Assembly (NCBI GenBank): GCA_943354835.1
Contig: CALRDH010000001.1
Coordinates: forward strand, 191,298 to 255,297
Source: a candidate division WWE3 bacterium
GTDB lineage: Bacteria > Patescibacteriota > WWE3 > 2-01-FULL-39-13
Direction of reading: 5' to 3'
Length of the DNA stretch: 64,000 nucleotides
Under the pieces are notes generated by a model. It had not been told where the DNA came from. It searched no databases and worked only from the letters and a program-made list of their open reading frames with translations. Numbering within the stretch: position 1 is the stretch's first letter; each line of letters starts with the position of its first letter. Of the stretch, positions 20,611 through 29,282 are shown piece after piece. Position numbers and translations under genes: made by a program.

Positions 20611-20630
20611 TAATGTTATATCTTTGATGT

Positions 20631-21431
20631 ATGCAAGACCACACGAATTCAGATTCAAAAAATCAGGCTGTCCCAACTATTCTGGAAGTTGCGCGTGATG
20701 CAATGAATTCTACTGAGGTTGATTTGTATCAATCCGGCAATATTTCTATAATTGGGGAAACCCATATTGTTGCTGGAGCTAACGATAAAATTATTTCTGT
20801 TGTTAAAGAAAAAATAGCAGGTTCACATACTGTATTTTTAGAATTTGATCCTGATAGTATATTGTCAGCAACATATAAGGAGTCTTCTGTGTCTCCTAGT
20901 GCTGGATCTATAGCAAAGGAATTAGCCATAGAAGCCGGAAAGCCGGTTGTTATATTAGATGATAGAGTCTCTTCTCCTATGCGTAAATTTGAGCAGGTTG
21001 GTTTTACCGGCGAAGAAGCGGTAAAAGCTTATGGATGTCAGCTTGGAATACTTTATTTTATTGAACGTCCTAACGAATCGCCGACTTTTGTTATAGGTGA
21101 CTTTTTAACAAAATTAGGCGCATCGGAGAGTACAACGCTTGAGGTTTGTAATCGCGTTCATGGTGGAATTATGGGCTTTCTTAGAAATTAAGAAGGATAC
21201 GGGATGTTTGATTTTTTAAGAGATTACAGTTTAGGAGATTCTGTAATAAGAGACCATGAATATGCCGGAGCTATAAAAAGGGCTCTTGGTGATGATCCGA
21301 ATCAAACCGCGACTGTGGTTGTTGGTAAGTCGCATGCAAAACCAATAGCAGATATTCTAAACAACGAATATCAGCCCCCAGAAAATATAAAAGGTGTTAT
21401 TAAAAACGTTCGTGATTATATTAATCGATAA
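20631..21431 (+). pseudogene. TraB/GumN/TIKI-like metallohydrolase interrupted by an in-frame TAA at 21189-21191
   Basis: IIGETH and VFLE in the first ORF, IRD and VVVGKSH in the second; both ORFs are in the same frame. Confidence 0.65.
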
Positions 21432-21492
21432 GAGGAGTTATCCATTTTGTTAGTCTGTAGCCGATTTCTATATTTTTATGGTCCAGTCATCT

Positions 21493-21508
21493 TGACATAT
21501 ATATGTCA
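21493..21508. promoter_or_regulatory. Perfect palindromic operator over the -35 box of a TA promoter
   Basis: TGACATAT-ATATGTCA overlapping TTGACA upstream of the RHH antitoxin. Confidence 0.7.
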
Positions 21509-21529
21509 GGGTATTAGTCTATATGTTAT

Positions 21530-21754
21530 ATGAAAACAATTCGTACAACTTTCAGAATTGAAGAACAACTAAAAATAGAGGCAGATAAAAAAGCTTTTGA
21601 TTTGAATATTACGTTACAAAAGTTGTTCAACGATGCTTTGCGCATGTTATTGAAAGATTTGAGTAGACAAAAAGCTTCTAGAGTAGTTCTTTTTAGTAAG
21701 CCAGTCGACAAAAGGATCGATAATTTAACAAGAGACGAAATTTATGAAGATTAA
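21530..21754 (+). CDS. Ribbon-helix-helix antitoxin
   Basis: RTTFRIEEQL...TLQKLFNDALR; C-terminal LTRDEIYED typical of VapB. Confidence 0.85.
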   Translation: MKTIRTTFRIEEQLKIEADKKAFDLNITLQKLFNDALRMLLKDLSRQKASRVVLFSKPVDKRIDNLTRDEIYED

Positions 21755-22196
21755 TGGAAAAAAGTTGCTTATAGATAGCAATATATTAATCTACTCTGTA
21801 GATAGTCTTTCTCCGAAATATGATGTTTCTGTAAGCTTTATGAAAGCTTCCGCAGATAAGCTTTGCTTTCCAGTAATAGCTCATCAAAATATTCTAGAAA
21901 CTGTAAGGGTGTTAACTCACAAGAAGTATAATAATCCACTAACAAAAGATGAAGTTTTTATTTTTACTAAAAGTCTGGAGAAGTTTTGTGAGGTTATCTC
22001 TCCTAACCGTGAAACATGGGAAATTATGAAGGCCTTATTAGGCAAGTATAAAGTTATTTCGAATCGGATATTTGATTGTTATCTGGTTGCGACAATGCTT
22101 TCAAATGATATAAAAATTATCGCAACTGATAACGTTAAAGATTTAGAAATTTTTGAAGAAATAAAAGTTTACAATCCTTATAATTTAAGTTCATGA
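21744..22196 (+). CDS. PIN-domain (VapC-like) toxin
   Basis: LIDSNILIY, QNILE, IFDCYLVATM, TDNVKDL. Confidence 0.9.
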   Translation: MKINGKKLLIDSNILIYSVDSLSPKYDVSVSFMKASADKLCFPVIAHQNILETVRVLTHKKYNNPLTKDEVFIFTKSLEKFCEVISPNRETWEIMKALLGKYKVISNRIFDCYLVATMLSNDIKIIATDNVKDLEIFEEIKVYNPYNLSS

Positions 22197-22504
22197 GTTT
22201 TCCATCTATATTTTTCGATTTCAACTTCGTGTTCTTTTTTAAATTTTACGCCTTCTTTTTCTAAAAGCGATTGTTGGTCATCGCGATTAAATATCGACCC
22301 ACGGATTGTTAGTTTGCCTTCATTGTTTATGACTCTCCACCATGGGACCTCTGTGTCGGCAGGAAGCTTGTTTAAAATCATACCGACAGCTCTTGCTGCA
22401 CGTGGTGAACCTGCATAAACCGCGATTTGGCCGTAAGAGGCAACCTTGCCGAAAGGGATTGCCTTGATGTGGTTTATAGCTTTTTGCTTAAAATTCTCCA
22501 TCAA
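22178..22504 (-). CDS. Alkyltransferase-like (ATL/MGMT family) DNA-binding protein
   Basis: IPFGKVASYGQIA, ARAVG; PWWRV in place of catalytic PCHR. Confidence 0.9.
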   Translation of the reverse strand: MMENFKQKAINHIKAIPFGKVASYGQIAVYAGSPRAARAVGMILNKLPADTEVPWWRVINNEGKLTIRGSIFNRDDQQSLLEKEGVKFKKEHEVEIEKYRWKTHELKL

Positions 22505-23240
22505 TTATTTTTTCTGCAAATTTTAATTGTTCAGGTGTATTTATCCCGATTCCTTCTTTTGGGTTTATTGATATTGTTTCTATTTTTGCATTTGATTTTA
22601 TTGCGAGAGCTAAAAGATCTGTTAGGTAATATTCTTTTTGAGCGTTATCAGCTTTAATTTTTGCTATGTTTTCCCAGAGCCAATTTGAATTAAAGCAGAA
22701 ATATGATGGATTAACTTCCTTAATCGCGAGTTCTTCTGGTGTAGCATCTTTCTTTTCTACTATTTTTATCGGACGATTACTGTCGTCTCGAACAATTCTT
22801 CCGAAATCATAAAAGCATGACTGCCATGAATCAAAATTATCAACGGAAATTGTTGCCATTGTAAGATCGGCCATTTTTTCTGAATGTTTATTTATAATGT
22901 CATTTATTGTTTGAATTGAGATAAATGGCATGTCACCATATAAAACAAGAACATTATCAAATTTATTTGAAATTGCGTCTTTAGCGCACATTACTGCGTG
23001 TCCAGTTCCTAATTGTTCCGTTTGTTCTACATAATTGTAATCTTGGCCGACTACATTTTTTACTAAATCTTTTTCATACCCGACAACAATATAGATATCA
23101 GACTTCGAAAATTTTGAATCTAGTGACTCAAGTAAATATTTAATAAGTGGCTTTCCATTTAAGCTTACAAGAACTTTTGGCTCAAGCGTTCCCATTCTTG
23201 TGCCTTTGCCAGCTGCCAAAATTAAAATAGCGGTTTTCAT
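22488..23240 (-). CDS. GlmU-like uridyltransferase (N-terminal domain only)
   Basis: LAAGKGTRM, EQLGTGHA, LYGDMP, EYYLTD, GIN; no hexapeptide acetyltransferase domain. Confidence 0.9.
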   Translation of the reverse strand: MKTAILILAAGKGTRMGTLEPKVLVSLNGKPLIKYLLESLDSKFSKSDIYIVVGYEKDLVKNVVGQDYNYVEQTEQLGTGHAVMCAKDAISNKFDNVLVLYGDMPFISIQTINDIINKHSEKMADLTMATISVDNFDSWQSCFYDFGRIVRDDSNRPIKIVEKKDATPEELAIKEVNPSYFCFNSNWLWENIAKIKADNAQKEYYLTDLLALAIKSNAKIETISINPKEGIGINTPEQLKFAEKIIDGEF

Positions 23241-23271
23241 GAAGTTGATTCTACTATGATAGTATTTTGAT

Positions 23272-24129
23272 GTGAAGACAAATAATCGAAATATAATAAT
23301 TGTAGTTGCTTTGGGCGTTTTTATCTCTGTATCAGCGGCAGTTTTTTATTATTTTGTTTTTTGGAATAAAAAAGTAGAACCGGTTATCGATACTACTCCA
23401 GTTGTTGCTGAAACTCCTAAAAAGATAGAGCCGGATTTTGAAGGAATTAATCCTGAAATGCCAAAAGTCGTTGTTGAAAAACCTCCTGCCGTTATAGAAA
23501 AGGATATAAAAAAGACAGAAAAATCTGTAGCTGAAGCTCCAGCGGCTCAGCCTACCGCCCCTTCTAATAACAAAAAGCCGAAAGTAAATATACTTTCTTA
23601 TGGTTTATCCGATAGGACTCATGATAACGATAAAGGAATAAGCATTTCTGCTCGCGCTGAAGATTCTGATGGTTATATTTCAAAAGTAGAAATTTATATT
23701 GACGATGAAAAGCAGGCTACGGTTTTGCCGCGAAATATTGGCGGAAAGTCAAAAACATTACTTGATGATCCAGAAGATATTTTTGATATTACAGAAGACG
23801 TTGGTAATGCTATACAAGAAGATGTTGATGATGGTGATATTAGTTATGTTTATAGAGACAGCAAAGAGTGGACGAAGGCTTCTGAAAGTTGTGGAGTTTC
23901 AAAAGGTTTTGTACATATATTTGTTGGTGAATCAAAATATTATGATGTTAGAAGTACTGAAGATTTAGATGAAAATGTTATTTGTTATGAATCTGAAACT
24001 ATTAGTGTTGATAATTTATATTACTTTATGTGGCAACCAGAAAACGGCTCGCATGATGTATATGCAATTGCATATGATCAATATGGCGCAAAAACGACAT
24101 CAGAAACCATTGAGATAGAGGTCGATTAG
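23272..24129 (+). CDS. Membrane-anchored Ig-like domain surface protein
   Basis: TM plus Pro-rich stalk; ISARAEDSDGYISKVEIYID...W...GSHDVYAIAYDQYG. Confidence 0.75.
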   Translation: MKTNNRNIIIVVALGVFISVSAAVFYYFVFWNKKVEPVIDTTPVVAETPKKIEPDFEGINPEMPKVVVEKPPAVIEKDIKKTEKSVAEAPAAQPTAPSNNKKPKVNILSYGLSDRTHDNDKGISISARAEDSDGYISKVEIYIDDEKQATVLPRNIGGKSKTLLDDPEDIFDITEDVGNAIQEDVDDGDISYVYRDSKEWTKASESCGVSKGFVHIFVGESKYYDVRSTEDLDENVICYESETISVDNLYYFMWQPENGSHDVYAIAYDQYGAKTTSETIEIEVD

Positions 24130-24521
24130 AGAGGGTTTGATAAATTTATTTCTTTGAGAAGTTCTTCCTTTGTCATTTTATTCGAGGCCAAGATAAATCT
24201 TATATTAAGATCTTTAGTTGCTTTTTGTATTTTTTTTGAATTGTCGATGATTATTATGTCTGAATTTTTATCAATAATACTCTGGAGTAAGCCCACTTTA
24301 TTATGAGAAATAAAGATCAAATTTTTAGAGAAATAACTATATAGATTTGTTAATCTAAGTTTTAGAGTCTGGATATTGTAGAATCCTTGAGAAAATATGC
24401 CGAGTTCATAATTGTTAGACAGTTGACTTATCGCATCGGCAATGGCGGTTTTTCGTAGAAAGCTTAGGCCAGTTTTTACTAGAGTGCCATCGATATCGAA
24501 AAGCAATATGTTTTTTTCCAT
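24126..24521 (-). CDS. HAD-family hydrolase (short)
   Basis: LLFDIDGTL, GIFS, IIDN. Confidence 0.7.
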   Translation of the reverse strand: MEKNILLFDIDGTLVKTGLSFLRKTAIADAISQLSNNYELGIFSQGFYNIQTLKLRLTNLYSYFSKNLIFISHNKVGLLQSIIDKNSDIIIIDNSKKIQKATKDLNIRFILASNKMTKEELLKEINLSNPL

Positions 24522-24545
24522 CGAATATATTTTATACTAAATGCG

Positions 24546-25277
24546 ATGCTACAAAAATATTTGATTCAGTATTTCCGGATGGCTAGATTATATAAAACCT
24601 TTAATTTTCTTTTTGTAGTTTTGGGATACGGTATTGCTTCAATGACTATTTCTGTAGTAATGTTTGGCCGATTGGTTTTATTTTATTTTCTATTTGCTGT
24701 TTTTATTTATGGAGCGCTTTATGTTTTCAATTCAATTGAAGATAATTTAGATATTGAGGCAAAGATTTATAACTTACAATTTCGTTTCGTTATTATTAGT
24801 ATCTCTTTTGGGATTATCGGCTTATATTTACTTTCTCCTGAAACTTTGCCGGTAGTTGGAACACTTATATTATTAAATATAATTTACTCAAAATTCTTGA
24901 AGAAGATGTCTGTACCACTAGCAATAATTATTATTGCTTCAACTGGATCATTGAAAATACTTTTAGGCGTTATTCTTGCTGGTGGTAGCTTTGCTTTATT
25001 TGTTCCATTATTAGTTTGTAATTATCTTTCTTCTGTATGTTTTCATTCACTAAGAAATCATTTTAAAGGAGCCTTATCGATTGCTGTTCTCAAAGTACTT
25101 TATGTATGCAGTATTACTGCATTGATGTTTTTAACTTTTTATTATTCTACAACTGGATCATTGATTGATATGTATATTTGCATCTTTTATATGTTGTTTT
25201 GTGTTATTTCACTATCCGTATTTGTAAAAAATAATATTATTGGTAGCGCAATTATTAACTTTATGCACTTGCGATAG
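24546..25277 (+). CDS. Divergent UbiA-like membrane protein
   Basis: Multi-TM; YVFNSIED and NIIYSKFLK resemble UbiA motifs. Confidence 0.55.
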   Translation: MLQKYLIQYFRMARLYKTFNFLFVVLGYGIASMTISVVMFGRLVLFYFLFAVFIYGALYVFNSIEDNLDIEAKIYNLQFRFVIISISFGIIGLYLLSPETLPVVGTLILLNIIYSKFLKKMSVPLAIIIIASTGSLKILLGVILAGGSFALFVPLLVCNYLSSVCFHSLRNHFKGALSIAVLKVLYVCSITALMFLTFYYSTTGSLIDMYICIFYMLFCVISLSVFVKNNIIGSAIINFMHLR

Positions 25278-25280
25278 CTC

Positions 25281-26360
25281 CTATGTCAGTAGCGGTTTTA
25301 TATATTTTTCTATTGATGATTTGGATAATCTTGGAAGATAGTCACCTAAAAAATAAACGCCATTTGCGAGTTTTATATTTTTTTGAAAATCCATAATGGA
25401 TTTTTCTGTTAGGCCAAAGGCTTTATCGCAGACGAATATATCTGGATCAATAAGCCAAATCTTTTTGGTATTAAGTCGAGCTTTCAAATTGTTCGACAAG
25501 TGATTTAGTCTTCTTTCGTGCATGAATTTATTTATTGGGAAAATATTTTTTAGTTCGGGAATTATAATGTCTTCGCTAATTCTAATTGCGTTTACTTTGC
25601 CAGCTGCAGGCGAAAGTGGACATCCACATCCAATTATTTTAACGTTCTTATTTATTTTTCTTATATCTGAGAGAAGTTTTGATAGCATTTTGTCGGGTTT
25701 ATCTGAAGATGTATATTTTGTGTTGTAATGCCCAGCATATAAAAAGTCTAATTTAATCAACTCATATCCCCAGACTTTTATTATGCTTTCCAAGCATTTA
25801 ATTATATAGTCATAAGCTTCTTTTATTTCGAGATCTAAGATGTACTTTTTCCTAGGTATTAATTTATCGAAGAAAAAATTTTTTAATCCATTTATTGGTT
25901 GTCTTGTTTTATTTCTTACTATCCATTCAGGATGCTTCTTATAAACTGATGATTTTGGTCCTATTAAAAATGGTGAAACCCATATTCCTGGTTTTATATT
26001 TTTGCTTTTAATATATTTGGCGACCTCTTGCATCATTTGTGGAAACTTATTTGTATCGCATGAATCCCAGTCTCCCCATTGTGTCCACCCGTCATCTATA
26101 ACTAGATAATCGAGTTTTAATGTATTTGTGTTTTCATACATCCAATCAGCGATTTCAAATATATCTGATTGTGAAACGTTTCTTCCAAAATATGGCCAAG
26201 ATGACCATCCACGAATTGGTTTTTGATTTTGTGGTTTGTCAATCGTGCATTCACTGTTATCCATTCCGAACGGAGAAAAATATCTAATCCTCGATAATAG
26301 CGTTTTTTCTTTTCCGCAAGCCGTCCAAGATTGCCAGCCTGTTAAATTAACTTTTTCCAT
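25281..26360 (-). CDS. Glycoside hydrolase family 36 (alpha-galactosidase-like)
   Basis: GWSSW, VIDDGW, KFP, PGIWVSPF, IKLDFLY, IRISED, IDPD. Confidence 0.85.
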   Translation of the reverse strand: MEKVNLTGWQSWTACGKEKTLLSRIRYFSPFGMDNSECTIDKPQNQKPIRGWSSWPYFGRNVSQSDIFEIADWMYENTNTLKLDYLVIDDGWTQWGDWDSCDTNKFPQMMQEVAKYIKSKNIKPGIWVSPFLIGPKSSVYKKHPEWIVRNKTRQPINGLKNFFFDKLIPRKKYILDLEIKEAYDYIIKCLESIIKVWGYELIKLDFLYAGHYNTKYTSSDKPDKMLSKLLSDIRKINKNVKIIGCGCPLSPAAGKVNAIRISEDIIIPELKNIFPINKFMHERRLNHLSNNLKARLNTKKIWLIDPDIFVCDKAFGLTEKSIMDFQKNIKLANGVYFLGDYLPRLSKSSIEKYIKPLLT

Positions 26361-26374
26361 ATTTATATTTTATA

Positions 26375-27706
26375 TTAAACGGGATATGGCGAGTTTGCTA
26401 ATCCCAGTTTAAATAGAATTCTTTCTATTGCGAAAACCATTTGGCTGTTTTTGATGCTCCAAAGCCATCCAGGTTTTCCGTCGTATAGTGTGTGCCAGTT
26501 TCCATCAAACATTAAAATCCCAAGTAGTTGTGTAAAAATGCTAAAAACAAAAAATGTCCAGAAAATTATATTAAACGGTTTCTTAACAAAATATTTCGAA
26601 GTAATGAACGGAATTAAAAGCAAAACCATATATGGAATCATTTCAGTCATCATTCTGTATCCCCAACAGTAACCGCCGTACCAGGCATACCATTTTCCAA
26701 GAGCTACCGTGTGAAAAAAAATAATCAAAATCATAGCGATTTCAAATGGGCGTTCTTTCCAATTTCTAACATATTTATTAATTCCGTAGAAAATAAATAT
26801 TAAAATAGGGGAAACAATTAAAACGCCTTTACTTGGAGAAATCCAAAGTCCTGATGCTCCTACAATTAATTTCTCATAAAAATCACCGAATCTATCGCCG
26901 TATTCAATGTTTAAAAGCGAACCAAATAAATATCTATTTAATGCGGCATCTAAAATAAATGGAATTACTGCCATTAAAGCGTATTTTATGCAGTTCATTA
27001 AAAGTTCATTAAAACTTTTGCGGTGAATCCATAATATATACAAGCCGAAAATTCCAATCGATATAATATTTGTTGGTCTTGCCATATATGAAAATCCGAA
27101 AATTAAACCAGCCCACCCATACTTTTTATAATCCAAAAGCAAAATTCCTGCCGTAAATAAAAGTTGGCTTGAAGTTTGTTGCCATAAACCTTGGCTACTC
27201 GTGCTAAAAGTATTTGTTGCGAAGGCGTAAATTATTGTCAAAAGTAAAACCTGTTTACTTGATTTTAAGCGTTTTTGAAGAAGCAAAAAGAAAAGTCCAA
27301 CCGAAAGTGCTGTCATTGCAGAAGCCGAAAGCCTGCTCATCACACGAATAGATTCAATCGAAACGTCCAAGTTTAATAATGATGGGACGATGTAAAACGG
27401 CGTTGCCAAAAAGCCTGCAAACATTGGATAACTTGAATAATACTTTTCACCGACTTGTTTTAGGTAATACGGAGTTTGTGTTTTATCGTCCGGCTGCGGG
27501 TAAGAGTCGGAAAGTACTTCGTAATATTCATTTAAATCTAAATTGCCTTCTTTAATAATAGAAAACGGAACTGTTGCGATAGCAAGAAAATCCTCGCTTT
27601 GAAGAGTTAAATTATTTAACTGTGTAAGATAGACGGACAAGAACGATGAGACAAAAATTAAGAAAGACAGAACTGTTATTGTAGTGAACGAAAAACGGAA
27701 TTGCAT
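26375..27706 (-). CDS. GT-C-fold membrane glycosyltransferase-like protein
   Basis: Multi-TM; SED, YSSYP, ARP, SPSKG, GYCWGYR. Confidence 0.7.
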   Translation of the reverse strand: MQFRFSFTTITVLSFLIFVSSFLSVYLTQLNNLTLQSEDFLAIATVPFSIIKEGNLDLNEYYEVLSDSYPQPDDKTQTPYYLKQVGEKYYSSYPMFAGFLATPFYIVPSLLNLDVSIESIRVMSRLSASAMTALSVGLFFLLLQKRLKSSKQVLLLTIIYAFATNTFSTSSQGLWQQTSSQLLFTAGILLLDYKKYGWAGLIFGFSYMARPTNIISIGIFGLYILWIHRKSFNELLMNCIKYALMAVIPFILDAALNRYLFGSLLNIEYGDRFGDFYEKLIVGASGLWISPSKGVLIVSPILIFIFYGINKYVRNWKERPFEIAMILIIFFHTVALGKWYAWYGGYCWGYRMMTEMIPYMVLLLIPFITSKYFVKKPFNIIFWTFFVFSIFTQLLGILMFDGNWHTLYDGKPGWLWSIKNSQMVFAIERILFKLGLANSPYPV

Positions 27707-27752
27707 ATTACAAGCTTATCACTTAGCTTTCCTTTGATATACTGTATCTACT

Positions 27753-29282
27753 TTGAAATTATTATTAATCTTTCTCGCGATTTATTTCTGCTTTTCATTT
27801 TTTACGTATAAAGACTATGGTGCAACTGGCGATGAGTCGACTGAAAGACGTGCGGCTCAGGACTTGTCGCGATATTTAAGCTCTCCGACCTCTTATGATT
27901 CGATAATTAATTATAATTACAACGATAAAATTAACGTTACTTTTGGCCATCATCCACTTGTAACAAAGTATCAACGTTCATATCAATTAATTCAAAACTA
28001 TTTCAATTTTAAAGGCTATTATGAATGGGGTCATTTATTTAATTTAATCTTCGGATCTATACTTTTTGTTTTAACTTATTGTGTATTTTTTATTGAATAC
28101 AAATCGTCAAAAAAAGCCATAATCCCTGTGATTTTTTTAGCCACGTGTGCAAGGTTGTCTGGCGATATTCCGACGAATAATAAGGATGTCCCATTTGCCA
28201 CGATGTATCTGGCTTCCGTTTTGCTCATATATTTATTTTCAAAACTGGAACCAAATAAATACTTGAAGATTCTTTTACTTGGAATTGTTTTTGGTATAAC
28301 TCAAACGTTTCGGGCTGTTGGGTTTTCGATTTATTTTGTATACATAATTTATTATTTTTACAATGAATTTATAGAAGGCCGAAAATTCACAGTTTCCAAA
28401 ATCGCCAATTTCTTTCTAGAGTTGTCCATAATTGTTGGATTCTCACTTTTTATCTCGATGTCAATTTTTCCGTGGCTAGGTTCAAACTTTTTCGCTAATT
28501 TTTTTAATCTACTTTTAGATGCAAAAAGTTTCCAAAACTGGGATGACACGATATTTTTCGCTGGTAAATTTTTATATAAAGCAGATCGTCCATGGTATTA
28601 CTTATTCACATGGATTTTCATTACAACTCCTGTTTATATTTTAGCTTTAATGGGATCGTCAGTTTTTTTCGTAAAAAAGCTTTTTAGAAATAAGCTTTTT
28701 GTAATCTCAACAATTTCGATGTTTGTAAACATATGCCTTTACTTAGCCATGCATCCAGTTATTTACAATGGTATTAGACATTTTTTGTTTATCTTGCCAA
28801 TGATCGTAATTTTTTCGGGAGTCGTATTTGTCTATTTATTGGAACACGTAAACAAAAAAATATTCAGATATATCGGGATTTTAATAATTTTGAATATATC
28901 GCTTGTTGTGTATGACTTATATCGACTTCATCCATATGAATATATCTACTTTAATGAATTAATTGGAGGAATACGTGGAGCTTCGGGCAAATATGAATTG
29001 GATTATTGGGGCGCAAGCTATAAAGAGGCTACTGAATGGATTGTTAAAAGTACTGATTTAACACAAAAAGATTTTATATATGCGTGTAATGTTGATTATG
29101 CTGTTGATTATTATTCAGGTAAAAAATTCTTTATGACTTATGGATACCCAGAGTACGCAAACTACACGATTTGCGATAGCGAAAATGAAATGAAGCGAAA
29201 CTACACTGGAAAAATCTTATACGAGGTAAAGCGTGATGGAGTTATTTTAAATACTGTAAGAGAACATGAAAAAACTAAGTAA
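27753..29282 (+). CDS. GT-C/ArnT-like membrane glycosyltransferase
   Basis: DYGATGDE, NNKDVPF, PWYY, IYNGIRH, HPYEYIYFNELIGG, DYWG. Confidence 0.75.
   Translation: MKLLLIFLAIYFCFSFFTYKDYGATGDESTERRAAQDLSRYLSSPTSYDSIINYNYNDKINVTFGHHPLVTKYQRSYQLIQNYFNFKGYYEWGHLFNLIFGSILFVLTYCVFFIEYKSSKKAIIPVIFLATCARLSGDIPTNNKDVPFATMYLASVLLIYLFSKLEPNKYLKILLLGIVFGITQTFRAVGFSIYFVYIIYYFYNEFIEGRKFTVSKIANFFLELSIIVGFSLFISMSIFPWLGSNFFANFFNLLLDAKSFQNWDDTIFFAGKFLYKADRPWYYLFTWIFITTPVYILALMGSSVFFVKKLFRNKLFVISTISMFVNICLYLAMHPVIYNGIRHFLFILPMIVIFSGVVFVYLLEHVNKKIFRYIGILIILNISLVVYDLYRLHPYEYIYFNELIGGIRGASGKYELDYWGASYKEATEWIVKSTDLTQKDFIYACNVDYAVDYYSGKKFFMTYGYPEYANYTICDSENEMKRNYTGKILYEVKRDGVILNTVREHEKTK

Noticed and set aside
21189-21191. 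Stop-codon reassignment to explain the in-frame TAA
   Set aside because: TAA, TAG and TGA all end conserved genes at expected positions (nusA, infB, rpsO, pnp), and tRNA-Trp is CCA.
11489-23240. Short IF2, no rbfA/truB after infB, and N-terminal-only GlmU as novelties
   Set aside because: Expected features of reduced genomes; not specific to this window.
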